DNA of 64,000 nt from Candidatus Dormiibacterota bacterium. Lineage in GTDB: Bacteria; Chloroflexota; Dormibacteria; Aeolococcales; Aeolococcaceae. Of the stretch, positions 19,200 to 28,267 are shown one piece after another. The position numbers and the translations under genes were made by a program. Positions within the stretch are counted from its first letter, which is position 1. Every line of letters begins with the position of its first letter. A model generated the notes under the pieces. The model had not been told where the DNA came from, did no database searches, and worked only from the letters and a program-made list of their open reading frames with translations. The stretch is from the NCBI GenBank assembly GCA_963709585.1, contig CAVPXI010000008.1, forward strand, positions 20,258 through 84,257. Direction: 5' to 3'.

Positions 19200-19337
19200 C
19201 AGACCTTTGCCCTCCGAACCGGAATCGACCGTCTGCGACGCCACTTGCTCCGGTAGCGACAAGTGTCGCCACCCGAACCTCTGTGAGGCAGCGTGCGGAT
19301 GGTTCGCCTATCGGGAAGGGTTTGTCAACTCCTCGAA

Positions 19338-19367
19338 CGAAAAATCACCCTAACGGGGGATTTTTCG
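19338..19367. terminator. 30-nt imperfect palindrome (CGAAAAATCACCC-TAAC-GGGGGATTTTTCG); terminator of the SDR gene and/or operator of the transporter operon
   Basis: 13-bp arms with one mismatch and a 4-nt loop, with A/T runs at the stem base. It lies between the SDR stop (19436) and the SBP start (19199). Confidence 0.4.
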
Positions 19368-19435
19368 TACGGCTCGCCCCAGGACGACGCATCAAAAGCA
19401 TCGAAAGCCGGGTCCGCGGGACGCCCCAGCCGGCC

Positions 19436-20209
19436 CTAGTCCACCTGTTCCGTGGGACGAACGAGCACCTCGTTGATGGCGACGTGGCGAGGCCGGGAGA
19501 CGATGTACGCGATCGCATCGGCGATGTCCTCGGCAGTGAGTCGCTCGATCGACGCGAAGCGCTGGCGCAACCCGGTCAGGATCTCCGGCCGGTTGTGTGA
19601 CGCAAGCTCGGTGGCGACGGCGCCCGGTTCCACCAGCGACACCCGGACGTGCCGGGTGGTGACCTCCTTTCGCAAGGCGTCGCTGAACGCACCAACCCCG
19701 TGCTTGGTCGCGTTGTAGACGCCACTGCCGTTGCGCGTCTCGCGCCCGGCGACCGAGCTGATGTTCACCAGGTCGGCGACCTGACGGGGACTGTCCTCCG
19801 CGGCGCGAAGCAGGTGCGGCAGCGCGGCGTGCGTGCAGTAGAGCAGCCCGAGGACGTTGATCCGCACCATCCGGTCCCACTCGTCGACGGGGGCGTCGAC
19901 GACCGGTCCAAGCAGCATCACGCCCGCGTTGTTGACCAGCGTGTCGAGGCGTCCAAGCTCGCCGACCGTCTGCTCCACCGCCCGTTCCGCCTCGGTTTGG
20001 TTGGTGATGTCGGCCGTGATCACCGTTGCCGTCGCGCCGTCTGCGCGAAGCCGCTTGGCCAGTTCCTCCAGACGCTCCGAGCGGCGGGCGACCAGTGCCA
20101 CACCGGCGCCCAGAGCTGCGAGCGCTATGGCCGTCGCCTCACCGATGCCGCTCGACGCGCCGGTGACGAGCGCGACGGTGCCGTCAAGGGATCGGTTCTG
20201 TGTCGCCAT
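19436..20209 (-). CDS. SDR-family oxidoreductase
   Basis: TGASSGIGEATA cofactor motif, NNAG, and YNATKHGV catalytic motif. Internal ATG at 20209 gives a standard N-terminus. Confidence 0.88.
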   Translation of the reverse strand: MATQNRSLDGTVALVTGASSGIGEATAIALAALGAGVALVARRSERLEELAKRLRADGATATVITADITNQTEAERAVEQTVGELGRLDTLVNNAGVMLLGPVVDAPVDEWDRMVRINVLGLLYCTHAALPHLLRAAEDSPRQVADLVNISSVAGRETRNGSGVYNATKHGVGAFSDALRKEVTTRHVRVSLVEPGAVATELASHNRPEILTGLRQRFASIERLTAEDIADAIAYIVSRPRHVAINEVLVRPTEQVD

Positions 20210-20245
20210 GGGATCAGTAGCGTGCCATAGGCGCGCCCGGCGAGC

Positions 20246-20707
20246 GTGGCTGGTCGATCGTGTCAAAGTAGACCCGTGGACAGCGACGGCTACGGCTACA
20301 CGTCAGACGATCGCGGGAGCGCGCGGCTCCTCGACGACTTGCGCACCCTCTCGCCGTCGGCGATCGAGCGCGTGGCGCACGGCTGGGAGTCGCACGCACT
20401 GCCGCATCTCGACCGGTATCACGCCGCCGAGACCGCGGCGCTCGAGGCCATCGAGAGCGCTCACCGCACCACCGACTGGGAGGCTCTCCAGCGTCAGATT
20501 CTCGATCTCACCGAGGGTCGCACATCGCTCGTGTCGTGGAAGGTCGAACACGGGCAGACCGGCCATCACGCCGAGTCGGCGGCGCTCGGCGCAGCGCTCG
20601 CGCTGCACGCCGCGGGATACCTCGACCGGGCCCACACCCAAACGCTCGCGCGTCCCATGGCGGAGGCGTTGCCGTGGCTGCTCAGCCTGCCCGGCGGGAC
20701 CGCGTAG
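20246..20707 (+). CDS. hypothetical protein
   Basis: 153-aa ORF with helical, protein-like composition in a gap with no competing gene. No recognisable motif, and the start is uncertain. Confidence 0.4.
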   Translation: MAGRSCQSRPVDSDGYGYTSDDRGSARLLDDLRTLSPSAIERVAHGWESHALPHLDRYHAAETAALEAIESAHRTTDWEALQRQILDLTEGRTSLVSWKVEHGQTGHHAESAALGAALALHAAGYLDRAHTQTLARPMAEALPWLLSLPGGTA

Positions 20708-20728
20708 CCGCGCACGACTGCCCGAGGT

Positions 20729-23095
20729 CTACTCGCTGACCAGCTCGTAGTCGGGATTCAGGATGGCGAGCCGGCGCGTCCACGATCCGACCATCCCTTC
20801 GACGATCAAACGTGCTCCGGGCTCGATGCCGGGAATCTTCGGGCGCCCCTGGAACACGAGCAGGAGCACGCCGGTATCGTCGGTGATCTCGCATTCGAGG
20901 TTGGCCGTGCCCTTGGCGGTCTGCACCCGCAACGACCGGATCCGGCCGGCGACCCGGACGCGGGTGCGCCAGGCCACTTCGCTGATGGGGATGGTGCCGG
21001 TCGCCCGACGAGCAAGCTCTCGATCCACACCCGCGCCACGCATCGGCTTGCGGCGGCCTGCGTCGTGCTGCGCGTGTGGCCTCACCTTGCGCCGCTGCGC
21101 GGATTCGAGGTTGAACGGAACGATCGTCGCGGCCACATGAGCGACCGTGCCGACCGCGTCGGCGATGCCGTCGGCGGTGCGATCGTGCAGCACCCGCGCA
21201 AGCCGCGAGTTGAACGCGCGACGCGGGAGGAGCACCGTGCACTCCGTCTTTCCGTCGGCGACAATATCGGCGACGTACTCGAGCGCCGCTCGTTCCAGGC
21301 GGCGGTCCCGGCACTCCACGATGTCGAGCGGCAGGTGTGCGAGGCCCAACCTGCTCCATTCGTCCTTGAGCTGTTCGGTGGCTACGGCATCGATGTCGAA
21401 ATGCACCGCGCGCACTTCGTCCGGCCGCAGCGTGCGCGCGTACTGCACCGCTCGCGCCGCGGCCATGTCGAGTTGACCCACGAGCACAAGAACGACGTGA
21501 CGTTGCAGGACCGGCGCTTCGGCGGCTGCGGCCGCCCCGGTCTCCAGCTGCTTCTCCTCCGCCACGTACTGCCGGTGGAGCCGGATCAGTCCGTAGTACA
21601 GAGGTGGCCCGACCACGATCACGATCCAGGCGCCCTCGAAAAACTTGGTGACCATCAGAATCCCCACGACGGCGACCGAAAGCGCTCCCGCAAACCCGTT
21701 GATCACCGCGCCGAGGCGCCACCGCCTGGCGCGTTGGGTCAGATGATGTTTGAGCATGCCGAACCCGGCAAAGGAGAATCCCGTGAAGACGCCGATCGCG
21801 TAGAGACCGACCAGCGAGTTGAGGTTCGCTTTGAACACGATGATCAGGAGGATCGCCACCGCGGCGAGCACGAAGATGCCGTTCGAGAATGCAAGCCTGT
21901 GGCCGCGCCTGGTCAGCTGGCGCGGCAGGAATGAGTCGCCGGCGACGAAGCTCGCCAGGTAGGGAAACCCGTTGAAGCTGGTGTTGCCACCCGTGAAGAG
22001 GATCATCACCGTCGCCGCCTGCACGAGATAGAAGAGCCCGGTGCCCACCCACGTGTTGCCGAGGACGTACTGCACCTCCTGCGAGACCACCGTCGGGCTG
22101 CCACTGGCATACGGAACCGCGTGGGTCCAGTGCGCGAGCAACGACGTCCCCAGGACGAGGAACCCTAGGATCCCGCACATGACCAGGAGCGCGATGCGTC
22201 CGTTTCGCGCTTCGGGTTTGCGGAAGCTGGAGATGCCGTTGGAGACTGCCTCCATCCCGGTGAGCGAGGATCCGCCATTTGCAAAGGCGCGCAGGCAGTA
22301 GAAGATCCCCAGCCCCATGAGGAATCCGCGCTGATTACCGATTGGATAACCGAGCATGCCGGCGCTCGGGAGTGCATGCACGTGCAGCCCACCGAGTACA
22401 CCCTTGACAAGCCCGATGATCACCACGAGTGACAGTGACACCACGTAGAAATACGTGGGGATCGCAAAGATGGAGCCCGCTTCGCGGATCCCGCGCAGAT
22501 TCCCGAACAGCATGAGCAGTGTGACCGCGACAGTGATTCCGATCGTGATTGCGGTCGGCCTCAGCGCTGGAAATGCCGACGACAGCGCCGCGGTCCCCGC
22601 CGACGTCTGCACGGCGACCGTGACCGTGTAGTCGATGAGCAATGCCACCGCTGCCACCTGCGCGACGTTCGGTCCGAAGTTGTCGCGCGCCACCACGTAG
22701 GACCCACCGCTCTTCGTATAGACACCGATGACCTGGATGTACGAGATCATTACAAAGACCATCACGGCGAGGATCGCCAGCGTGATGGGGATAACCATCG
22801 CGAATGCGGCGAGCCCGATGATCGGCACCATGACGACCAACATCTCTTCGGTGCCGTACGCGGACGACGAGATCATGTCCGGAGCCAGCACTCCGATTGC
22901 GACGGGCGTGGCGAGCCGCTCCTGGGTCAGTTGTTCCGACACCATCGGTGGGCCGAGGATGCGGTTCTTGAGCCGGTACGCCCAGGACTCGGGATAAGAC
23001 CCCCCTCCCGGTGCGTAGGGGACGTCGGGAGCCAGTGGGCGCGAGGGCGCCAGCGGCAGACCCTGAGGCTCTTCCACGGCCGCAGTATGCCCCAT
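20729..23095 (-). CDS. APC-superfamily permease with long cytoplasmic C-terminal extension ending in an OB-fold domain
   Basis: About 12 TM helices of amino-acid/polyamine/organocation type, then a soluble region (VLVLVGQLDMAAARAVQYA...). The C-terminus is VRVAGRIRSLRVQTAKGTANLECEITDDTGVLLLVFQGR...LIVEGMV...NPDYELV (OB fold). Start at ATG 23095 or further upstream. Confidence 0.8.
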   Translation of the reverse strand: MGHTAAVEEPQGLPLAPSRPLAPDVPYAPGGGSYPESWAYRLKNRILGPPMVSEQLTQERLATPVAIGVLAPDMISSSAYGTEEMLVVMVPIIGLAAFAMVIPITLAILAVMVFVMISYIQVIGVYTKSGGSYVVARDNFGPNVAQVAAVALLIDYTVTVAVQTSAGTAALSSAFPALRPTAITIGITVAVTLLMLFGNLRGIREAGSIFAIPTYFYVVSLSLVVIIGLVKGVLGGLHVHALPSAGMLGYPIGNQRGFLMGLGIFYCLRAFANGGSSLTGMEAVSNGISSFRKPEARNGRIALLVMCGILGFLVLGTSLLAHWTHAVPYASGSPTVVSQEVQYVLGNTWVGTGLFYLVQAATVMILFTGGNTSFNGFPYLASFVAGDSFLPRQLTRRGHRLAFSNGIFVLAAVAILLIIVFKANLNSLVGLYAIGVFTGFSFAGFGMLKHHLTQRARRWRLGAVINGFAGALSVAVVGILMVTKFFEGAWIVIVVGPPLYYGLIRLHRQYVAEEKQLETGAAAAAEAPVLQRHVVLVLVGQLDMAAARAVQYARTLRPDEVRAVHFDIDAVATEQLKDEWSRLGLAHLPLDIVECRDRRLERAALEYVADIVADGKTECTVLLPRRAFNSRLARVLHDRTADGIADAVGTVAHVAATIVPFNLESAQRRKVRPHAQHDAGRRKPMRGAGVDRELARRATGTIPISEVAWRTRVRVAGRIRSLRVQTAKGTANLECEITDDTGVLLLVFQGRPKIPGIEPGARLIVEGMVGSWTRRLAILNPDYELVSE

Positions 23096-23138
23096 GCCGG
23101 AGATGGCGGCGATACCGCCGGACCCGTGAACGACCTGC

Positions 23139-23840
23139 TTGAATGGAGCCGTGCACATCGTCATCGTCGGCTGCGGGAGGGTCGGCTCCGGCCTCGCTCG
23201 TGCCCTCGAAGCCGAGGGTCACACGGTGTCGGTCATCGACCGCAATCGCAGGGCTTTCCGCCGTCTTCCCGCCGACTTCAAGGGGCTCATCGTCGAGGGG
23301 TCCGGGTTCGACAGGGACGCCCTCAACGACGCGAAGATTGCACAGGCGGACGCTTTCGCCGCGGTGACCTCGGGCGACAACTCCAATATTCTCGCTGCCC
23401 GCATCGCCCGCGAAACCTTCGGCGTCGAGCGCGTCGTGGCGCGCATCTACGACCCGCAGCGTGCCCAGGTGTACCAACGACTTGGGATCCCCACCGTGGC
23501 GACGGTCACATGGACGGTGGATCAGGTGCGCAGCTGGTTGCTGCCTGAGGAGCTCTCACCCCACTGGCGTGACGCCACGGGCTCGCTGCTGCTCATGGAC
23601 CGCGTCCTTCCCGAGCACCTTGCGGGACAGAAACTGTTGTCGTTGGAGATAGACGGCAAGGTGCGCCTCGTGGCGGTCACCCGGGCGGGCGTCCCTCGAC
23701 TTGACGCCAGAGGCCTGGTCGGTCAGGACGGCGACCTGCTCCATTTCGCGGTGATGAAGGACGACCTCGACGAGCTGGCAGCTCTGCTCGCGCCGCCGAA
23801 GCCGGCAGCACTCGCCGTCGCCGCCAAGGTGGAGTCGTGA
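23139..23840 (+). CDS. trkA: TrkA-family potassium-uptake protein (NAD-binding, RCK)
   Basis: VIVGCGRVGSGLARALEAEGHTVSVID Rossmann motif plus TrkA-C domain. Start is TTG 23139 or GTG 23151 (GGAG upstream). Confidence 0.88.
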   Translation: MNGAVHIVIVGCGRVGSGLARALEAEGHTVSVIDRNRRAFRRLPADFKGLIVEGSGFDRDALNDAKIAQADAFAAVTSGDNSNILAARIARETFGVERVVARIYDPQRAQVYQRLGIPTVATVTWTVDQVRSWLLPEELSPHWRDATGSLLLMDRVLPEHLAGQKLLSLEIDGKVRLVAVTRAGVPRLDARGLVGQDGDLLHFAVMKDDLDELAALLAPPKPAALAVAAKVES

Positions 23841-24532
23841 AGGTCGCCGTTGCAGGGGGTGGGAGCGTCGGCATGGCTGTCGCCTCCGACCTCAAGGAAC
23901 ACGGTCACGACGTCTTCATCCTCGAGGTCGACCCCGAGCAGGTGGCCCGATTCCAGCCACACGTCGATGTTCGATGGATCGTGGCCGACGCCTGCGAGGT
24001 GTCGTCTTTGCAGGCCGCAGGCATGGCCGAGGTCGACGTGATGGTGGCGGCCACCGGCGACGACGAGGACAACCTCGTTATCTCGCTGCTGTCGAAGCAG
24101 GAGTTCGCGGTTCCGCGAGTGATTTCGCGCGTCAACAACGCAAGCAACCAGTGGCTGTTCACAGAGAGCTGGGGGGTCGACGTCCCGGTCTCGACGCCAC
24201 AGCTGTACACCGCGCTCGTCGAAGAGGCCGTGTCGATCGGTTCCCTGGTGCACTTGATGAGCTTCGAGGGAGCGTCGGCGCATCTGCTCGAAGTCACGCT
24301 GGCAGAGGATTCGCCCGCCCTCGGCCTGCCGATCGGCGAGCTCGGTCTCCCGCGGGAGTCAGCGATTGTCGCCATCGTCCGCCGCGATCACATGATCATT
24401 CCCGACCCGGAGACCTGTCTGTGGGCGGGAGACGAGGTGATCGTGCTCGCGATGGTCGAAAGCGAGCGCGCGATCCAGACCATCCTAGTGGGCGACGCGC
24501 CGGCGACCGTCCCCGCGCCCACGCTCGCGTAG
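23837..24532 (+). CDS. trkA: TrkA-family potassium-uptake protein, second subunit
   Basis: MKVAVAGGGSVGMAVASDLKEHGHDVFILE Rossmann motif plus TrkA-C. The start overlaps the previous stop (GTGA at 23837-23840). Confidence 0.88.
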   Translation: MKVAVAGGGSVGMAVASDLKEHGHDVFILEVDPEQVARFQPHVDVRWIVADACEVSSLQAAGMAEVDVMVAATGDDEDNLVISLLSKQEFAVPRVISRVNNASNQWLFTESWGVDVPVSTPQLYTALVEEAVSIGSLVHLMSFEGASAHLLEVTLAEDSPALGLPIGELGLPRESAIVAIVRRDHMIIPDPETCLWAGDEVIVLAMVESERAIQTILVGDAPATVPAPTLA

Positions 24533-24564
24533 CCGCAGTCGCGCGGCCTCGCGGGGCGCTTCGC

Positions 24565-25293
24565 ATGTACGTCGACGAGCGTCCAGGCCGCGATCCTGCG
24601 ACTGTGTGGCTCCATCACGGCGCGGGGTCGACGCGCGCGTGGGAGACGTTCCTCCCCGCTGCAGCCGGGGGACGCCGGGCGATCGTCTATGACCGTCGAG
24701 GATTCGGGCGCTCGTCCCACGCTCGCCGTCTCACGACCGCCATGTTCGACGAGGACGTGGCGGAGCTGCGCGCCCTGGTCGGCGAACGGTGCGACCAGCC
24801 CGTGCATCTGATCGGGCACAGTGACGGCGGCACGGTCGCGCTGCTCCTCGCCGCTCGGGCGCCGGAGCTGGTGCTCAGCGTCGCGGTGGTGTCGGTCCAC
24901 GTGCGCGCTGACCGCACGACCGTGGCTACACTCCGGCGCATGGGTCCGCCGGAGGAGTGGCCTGACCCGATGCGGCGCAGCCTTCGGCGCGCTCACGGTG
25001 AGGACTGGGTCGACGTGGCCGGCCGCTGGTACGCGCTCTGGACGTCATCGGAGTGGGAGCGCTGGAGCGCCGTCGACGAGCTTGCCGCGGTTGGCTGTCC
25101 CGTCTATGCGATGCACGGGCTCCACGATGACCTATCGCCGCCGCTCCACGCGGAGGTGATCGGCGATGTCCTGCCCGGGGCGCGGGTCACCTGGGTCGAC
25201 ACGGCGACGCACGACCCTCACCGCGCCGAGCCGGAGCGGTTTGGCAGCGACGTGCAGTCCCTCTGGCGAGACGCCGAGGCCCGCGGTGGCTGA
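24565..25293 (+). CDS. alpha/beta hydrolase
   Basis: Internal ATG at 24565: HHGAGS..., nucleophile elbow GHSDGG, C-terminal His region. The upstream part of the track ORF (from 23974) overlaps trkA and is spurious. Confidence 0.75.
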   Translation: MYVDERPGRDPATVWLHHGAGSTRAWETFLPAAAGGRRAIVYDRRGFGRSSHARRLTTAMFDEDVAELRALVGERCDQPVHLIGHSDGGTVALLLAARAPELVLSVAVVSVHVRADRTTVATLRRMGPPEEWPDPMRRSLRRAHGEDWVDVAGRWYALWTSSEWERWSAVDELAAVGCPVYAMHGLHDDLSPPLHAEVIGDVLPGARVTWVDTATHDPHRAEPERFGSDVQSLWRDAEARGG

Positions 25294-26841
25294 GCACTTC
25301 AACTGCAGCGAGTGGCTCGTCGATCGCCACGTCGAAGCCGGGTACGGCGCGCGCACCGCATTGCGCTGCGGCGATGCAGCGATCACGTACGCGGAATTGC
25401 TCGACGCAGTGAGCGCCGCTTCGGGGGACTCCGCGGCCTCGGTGTCCGGGCGGAGGAGCGCGTTGTGATGATCCTTCGCGACGGCATCGAGCTCGCGATC
25501 GCAATTCTCGGTGCGATGCGGATCGGAGCGATCGCGCTTCCGGTCAACCCGCTGCTGCCGCCGCGCGATCTCGCGGCCATCGCCCGCGACGCTCGCGCCC
25601 GGTGCGCGATCGTCTCCGCCGATGCCATATCGATGATCGCCGCGCTGACAGCGGATGCGCCCGACCTCACCGCGCTGGTACGCGTCGGCCCGAGCGACGG
25701 CGGTGACGCAACAGGCCATCTCTGGTCCGAGGTCCTCGCGAGCGGCGGCGACGGGAGCGTCGACGAGACCTCGACCGAATCCCCCTGTTTCTGGCTTTGC
25801 ACGTCCGGCACCACCGGCCGCCCGAAGCTCGCGATGCACCGTCACGCCGACGTGCGCACCACCTGCGACGGCTACGCCCGCGAAGTGCTGGCGGTGCAGC
25901 CGGGTGACAAGCATCTCTCGGTGGCTCCGATGTTCCACGCCTACGGGTTCGGCAACTCGCTCACGTTCCCGCTCGCCGCCGGCGCGGAAGCGGTGCTCGA
26001 ACCCACCCGTCCGCCAACCCCGGCGCGCGTGGCGGCGCTGATGGACCGGCACCGGCCGACGCTCTTTTTCGCGGTACCCACGTTCTACGCCGCGCTGATC
26101 GCCGCCGACATTCCAGACACGACCTTCGGCTCACTTCGCCAGGCCGTCTCCGCGGGTGAGGCCTTGCCCGCGGAACTGTTCCTGCGCTTCCGCGAACGCT
26201 TCGGCGTCGAGATCCTCGACGGGATCGGATCGACCGAGATGACCCACATCTTCATCTCCAACCGTGCCGGTCACGCGGTGCCGGGCGCGTCCGGAACACC
26301 TGTCGGCGGACACGGGGTCCGGGTGCTCGACGACCTGGGCGACGAGGTCGCCGTTGGTTCGCCTGGTCAGCTCTGGGTGACTGGCGCCGCCGCAGCGACC
26401 GGCTACTGGTGTCGAAGTGAGGAGACCCGGCGGACGTTCGTCGGGGATTGGGTCGCCACCGGCGACCTGTACGCGGTCGACGCGGATGGGATGTACCGCC
26501 ACCTCGGCCGTCGCGACGACATGCTGAAGGTCGGTGGCGAGTGGGTCTCACCCGCCGAGGTGGAGCGTGTGCTGCTCGGCCACGAGTGCGTCGCCGAGGT
26601 GGCCGTGGTCGGCGCCCTTGCCGGAGATGGGCTCATGCGCACCGTCGCGTTCGCCGTGCCGCGCCCTGGAGTGCAGTTCGATGCCGACGACGTGCTGGCG
26701 CGCTGCCGCGCCGAGCTTGCCGGCTATAAGCGCCCGCGGCGTCTGATCGTCGTCGAGACGCTGCCGAAGACCGCGACCGGGAAGGTGATTCGCGCCGAGC
26801 TCCGGCGCGAGGCGACCCGCGTGCTCGCCGACGGAGGCTGA
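25286..26841 (+). CDS. benzoate-CoA ligase-family AMP-dependent synthetase; single frame disruption as sequenced near 25412-25420
   Basis: The N-terminus (VAEHFNCSEWLVDRH...AITYAELLDAVS) is in one frame from GTG 25286, overlapping the hydrolase stop. The rest is in the -1 frame (RFGGLRGLGVRAEERVVMIL..., TSGTTGRPK, YGFGNS, GDLY...GRRDDMLKVGGEWV). One missing nt restores a full-length protein. Confidence 0.75.
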
Positions 26842-26847
26842 GCGCCG

Positions 26848-28266
26848 CTAGGTCAGGTGGACGTACTCGTAGTCCACGGACTGGCCGTTGATGCCGGTGG
26901 AAGGCGGAGCGATCCATGCGGCCATCCTGCCGGGCTCGAAGACAGGCTTCATCAATGACTGGACGTGGTCGAAATCGTCTTCTGTCGGAAGCCACTCCGA
27001 TCGATGTCGCTCCCAGCTCTCGGCATCGGTGAGTGCTCCACCCGGGGTCACCCAATGACCGGCAAACGCACCCACACGACGGTTGAACCCGTGATGGGGC
27101 AGGGCCAACGTTCTGTCAACGCCTGCCTCCTCGAGGATGCGGTTCCAGCGGCGCACGCCGTTGTTGCAATCGGTGAAGTATTCGGATCGGAGATCCTGGT
27201 TCAGCGCGATCAGGGCAGGGATATCGGCGCGCTCGATGCGCCCGTCGACAACCACGTCAACGCCGGCGGTGAGCTCGGTGAGCTGGTGGTCGTCGGCTCG
27301 GCGCTCTTCCTGCCAGCGGCCCTTGAGGCCGGCGGTGAAGTAATTGGCGACGTTGGTGGAGCGCTCGCCGCCGAACAGGTCGAGGGAGACGCTGTAGTGG
27401 AAATTCAAATAGCGCTGGAGGATGTCGAGCGGAATACCGCCGTATCGCCCGATGCCATCGGTGTCGTGCTCGCGCATGAGCGCAGCGGTACGCCGGACCA
27501 CGCGGTCGATGCCGGTGGTCCCGACCATCATGTGGTGCGCCTCCTCACGAAGCATGAACCTGCAGGTGCGGGAGAGCGGGTCGAACCCACTTTCGGCGAG
27601 CGTGCCGAGCTGGAATTTCCCATCGCGGTCGGTGAAGTACGTGAACATGAAGAAGGCGAGCCAGTCTCGCGTCGGTTCATTGAACGCGCCGAGGATGCGC
27701 GGCGCATCCACGCTCCCGGAATGGCGCATGAGGAGCTCCTCAGCCTGCTCGCGCCCTTCGCGCCCGAAGAAGGCGTGGAGCAGATAGACCATCGCCCAGA
27801 GATGACGGCCCTCCTCGACATTCACCTGAAACAGGTTGCGGAGGTCGTAGAGGCTCGGCGCCGTGAATCCGAGCAGCCGCTGCTGCTCCACCGACGCCGG
27901 CTCGGTGTCCCCCTGGACGACGAGCAGGCGCTGCAGCTCGGCGCGATATTCCCCAGGCACCTGCTGCCATGCCTGCGTTCCCATGTGCTCGCCAAAGGCG
28001 ATGCGCCGGTCGGGCTCGCGGTCGGCCAGGAAGATTCCCCATCGATACTCCTCGAGCGGGATGTGACCGAAATGAGCCCAGCCGTCGCGGTCCGCGCTGA
28101 TGGCGGTGCGGAGATACACGTCGCGCGCGATCAGATCCGGTCCGAGGTCACGCCACCACTGCATGAACCGCGGTTGCCAGGCCTCGAGCGCGCGTTGCAG
28201 ACGGCGGTCGCCGCGGAGATCCACGTTGTTGGGGATGCGGTCCGTGTAATCGGCGCTGAGGCTCAT
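26848..28266 (-). CDS. boxB: benzoyl-CoA 2,3-epoxidase, oxygenase component
   Basis: Internal ATG at 28266: MSLSADYTDRIPNNVDLRGDRRLQRALEAWQPRFMQWW... A di-iron BoxB-type protein of about 472 aa, adjacent to boxC and the ligase. Confidence 0.85.
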   Translation of the reverse strand: MSLSADYTDRIPNNVDLRGDRRLQRALEAWQPRFMQWWRDLGPDLIARDVYLRTAISADRDGWAHFGHIPLEEYRWGIFLADREPDRRIAFGEHMGTQAWQQVPGEYRAELQRLLVVQGDTEPASVEQQRLLGFTAPSLYDLRNLFQVNVEEGRHLWAMVYLLHAFFGREGREQAEELLMRHSGSVDAPRILGAFNEPTRDWLAFFMFTYFTDRDGKFQLGTLAESGFDPLSRTCRFMLREEAHHMMVGTTGIDRVVRRTAALMREHDTDGIGRYGGIPLDILQRYLNFHYSVSLDLFGGERSTNVANYFTAGLKGRWQEERRADDHQLTELTAGVDVVVDGRIERADIPALIALNQDLRSEYFTDCNNGVRRWNRILEEAGVDRTLALPHHGFNRRVGAFAGHWVTPGGALTDAESWERHRSEWLPTEDDFDHVQSLMKPVFEPGRMAAWIAPPSTGINGQSVDYEYVHLT

Positions 28267-28267
28267 G

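Noticed and set aside
23974-24564. Upstream 197 codons of the 439-aa ORF that ends as the alpha/beta hydrolase.
   Set aside because: This part overlaps the second trkA gene in another frame and translates to Arg/Gly-rich nonsense. A normal hydrolase N-terminus starts at ATG 24565.
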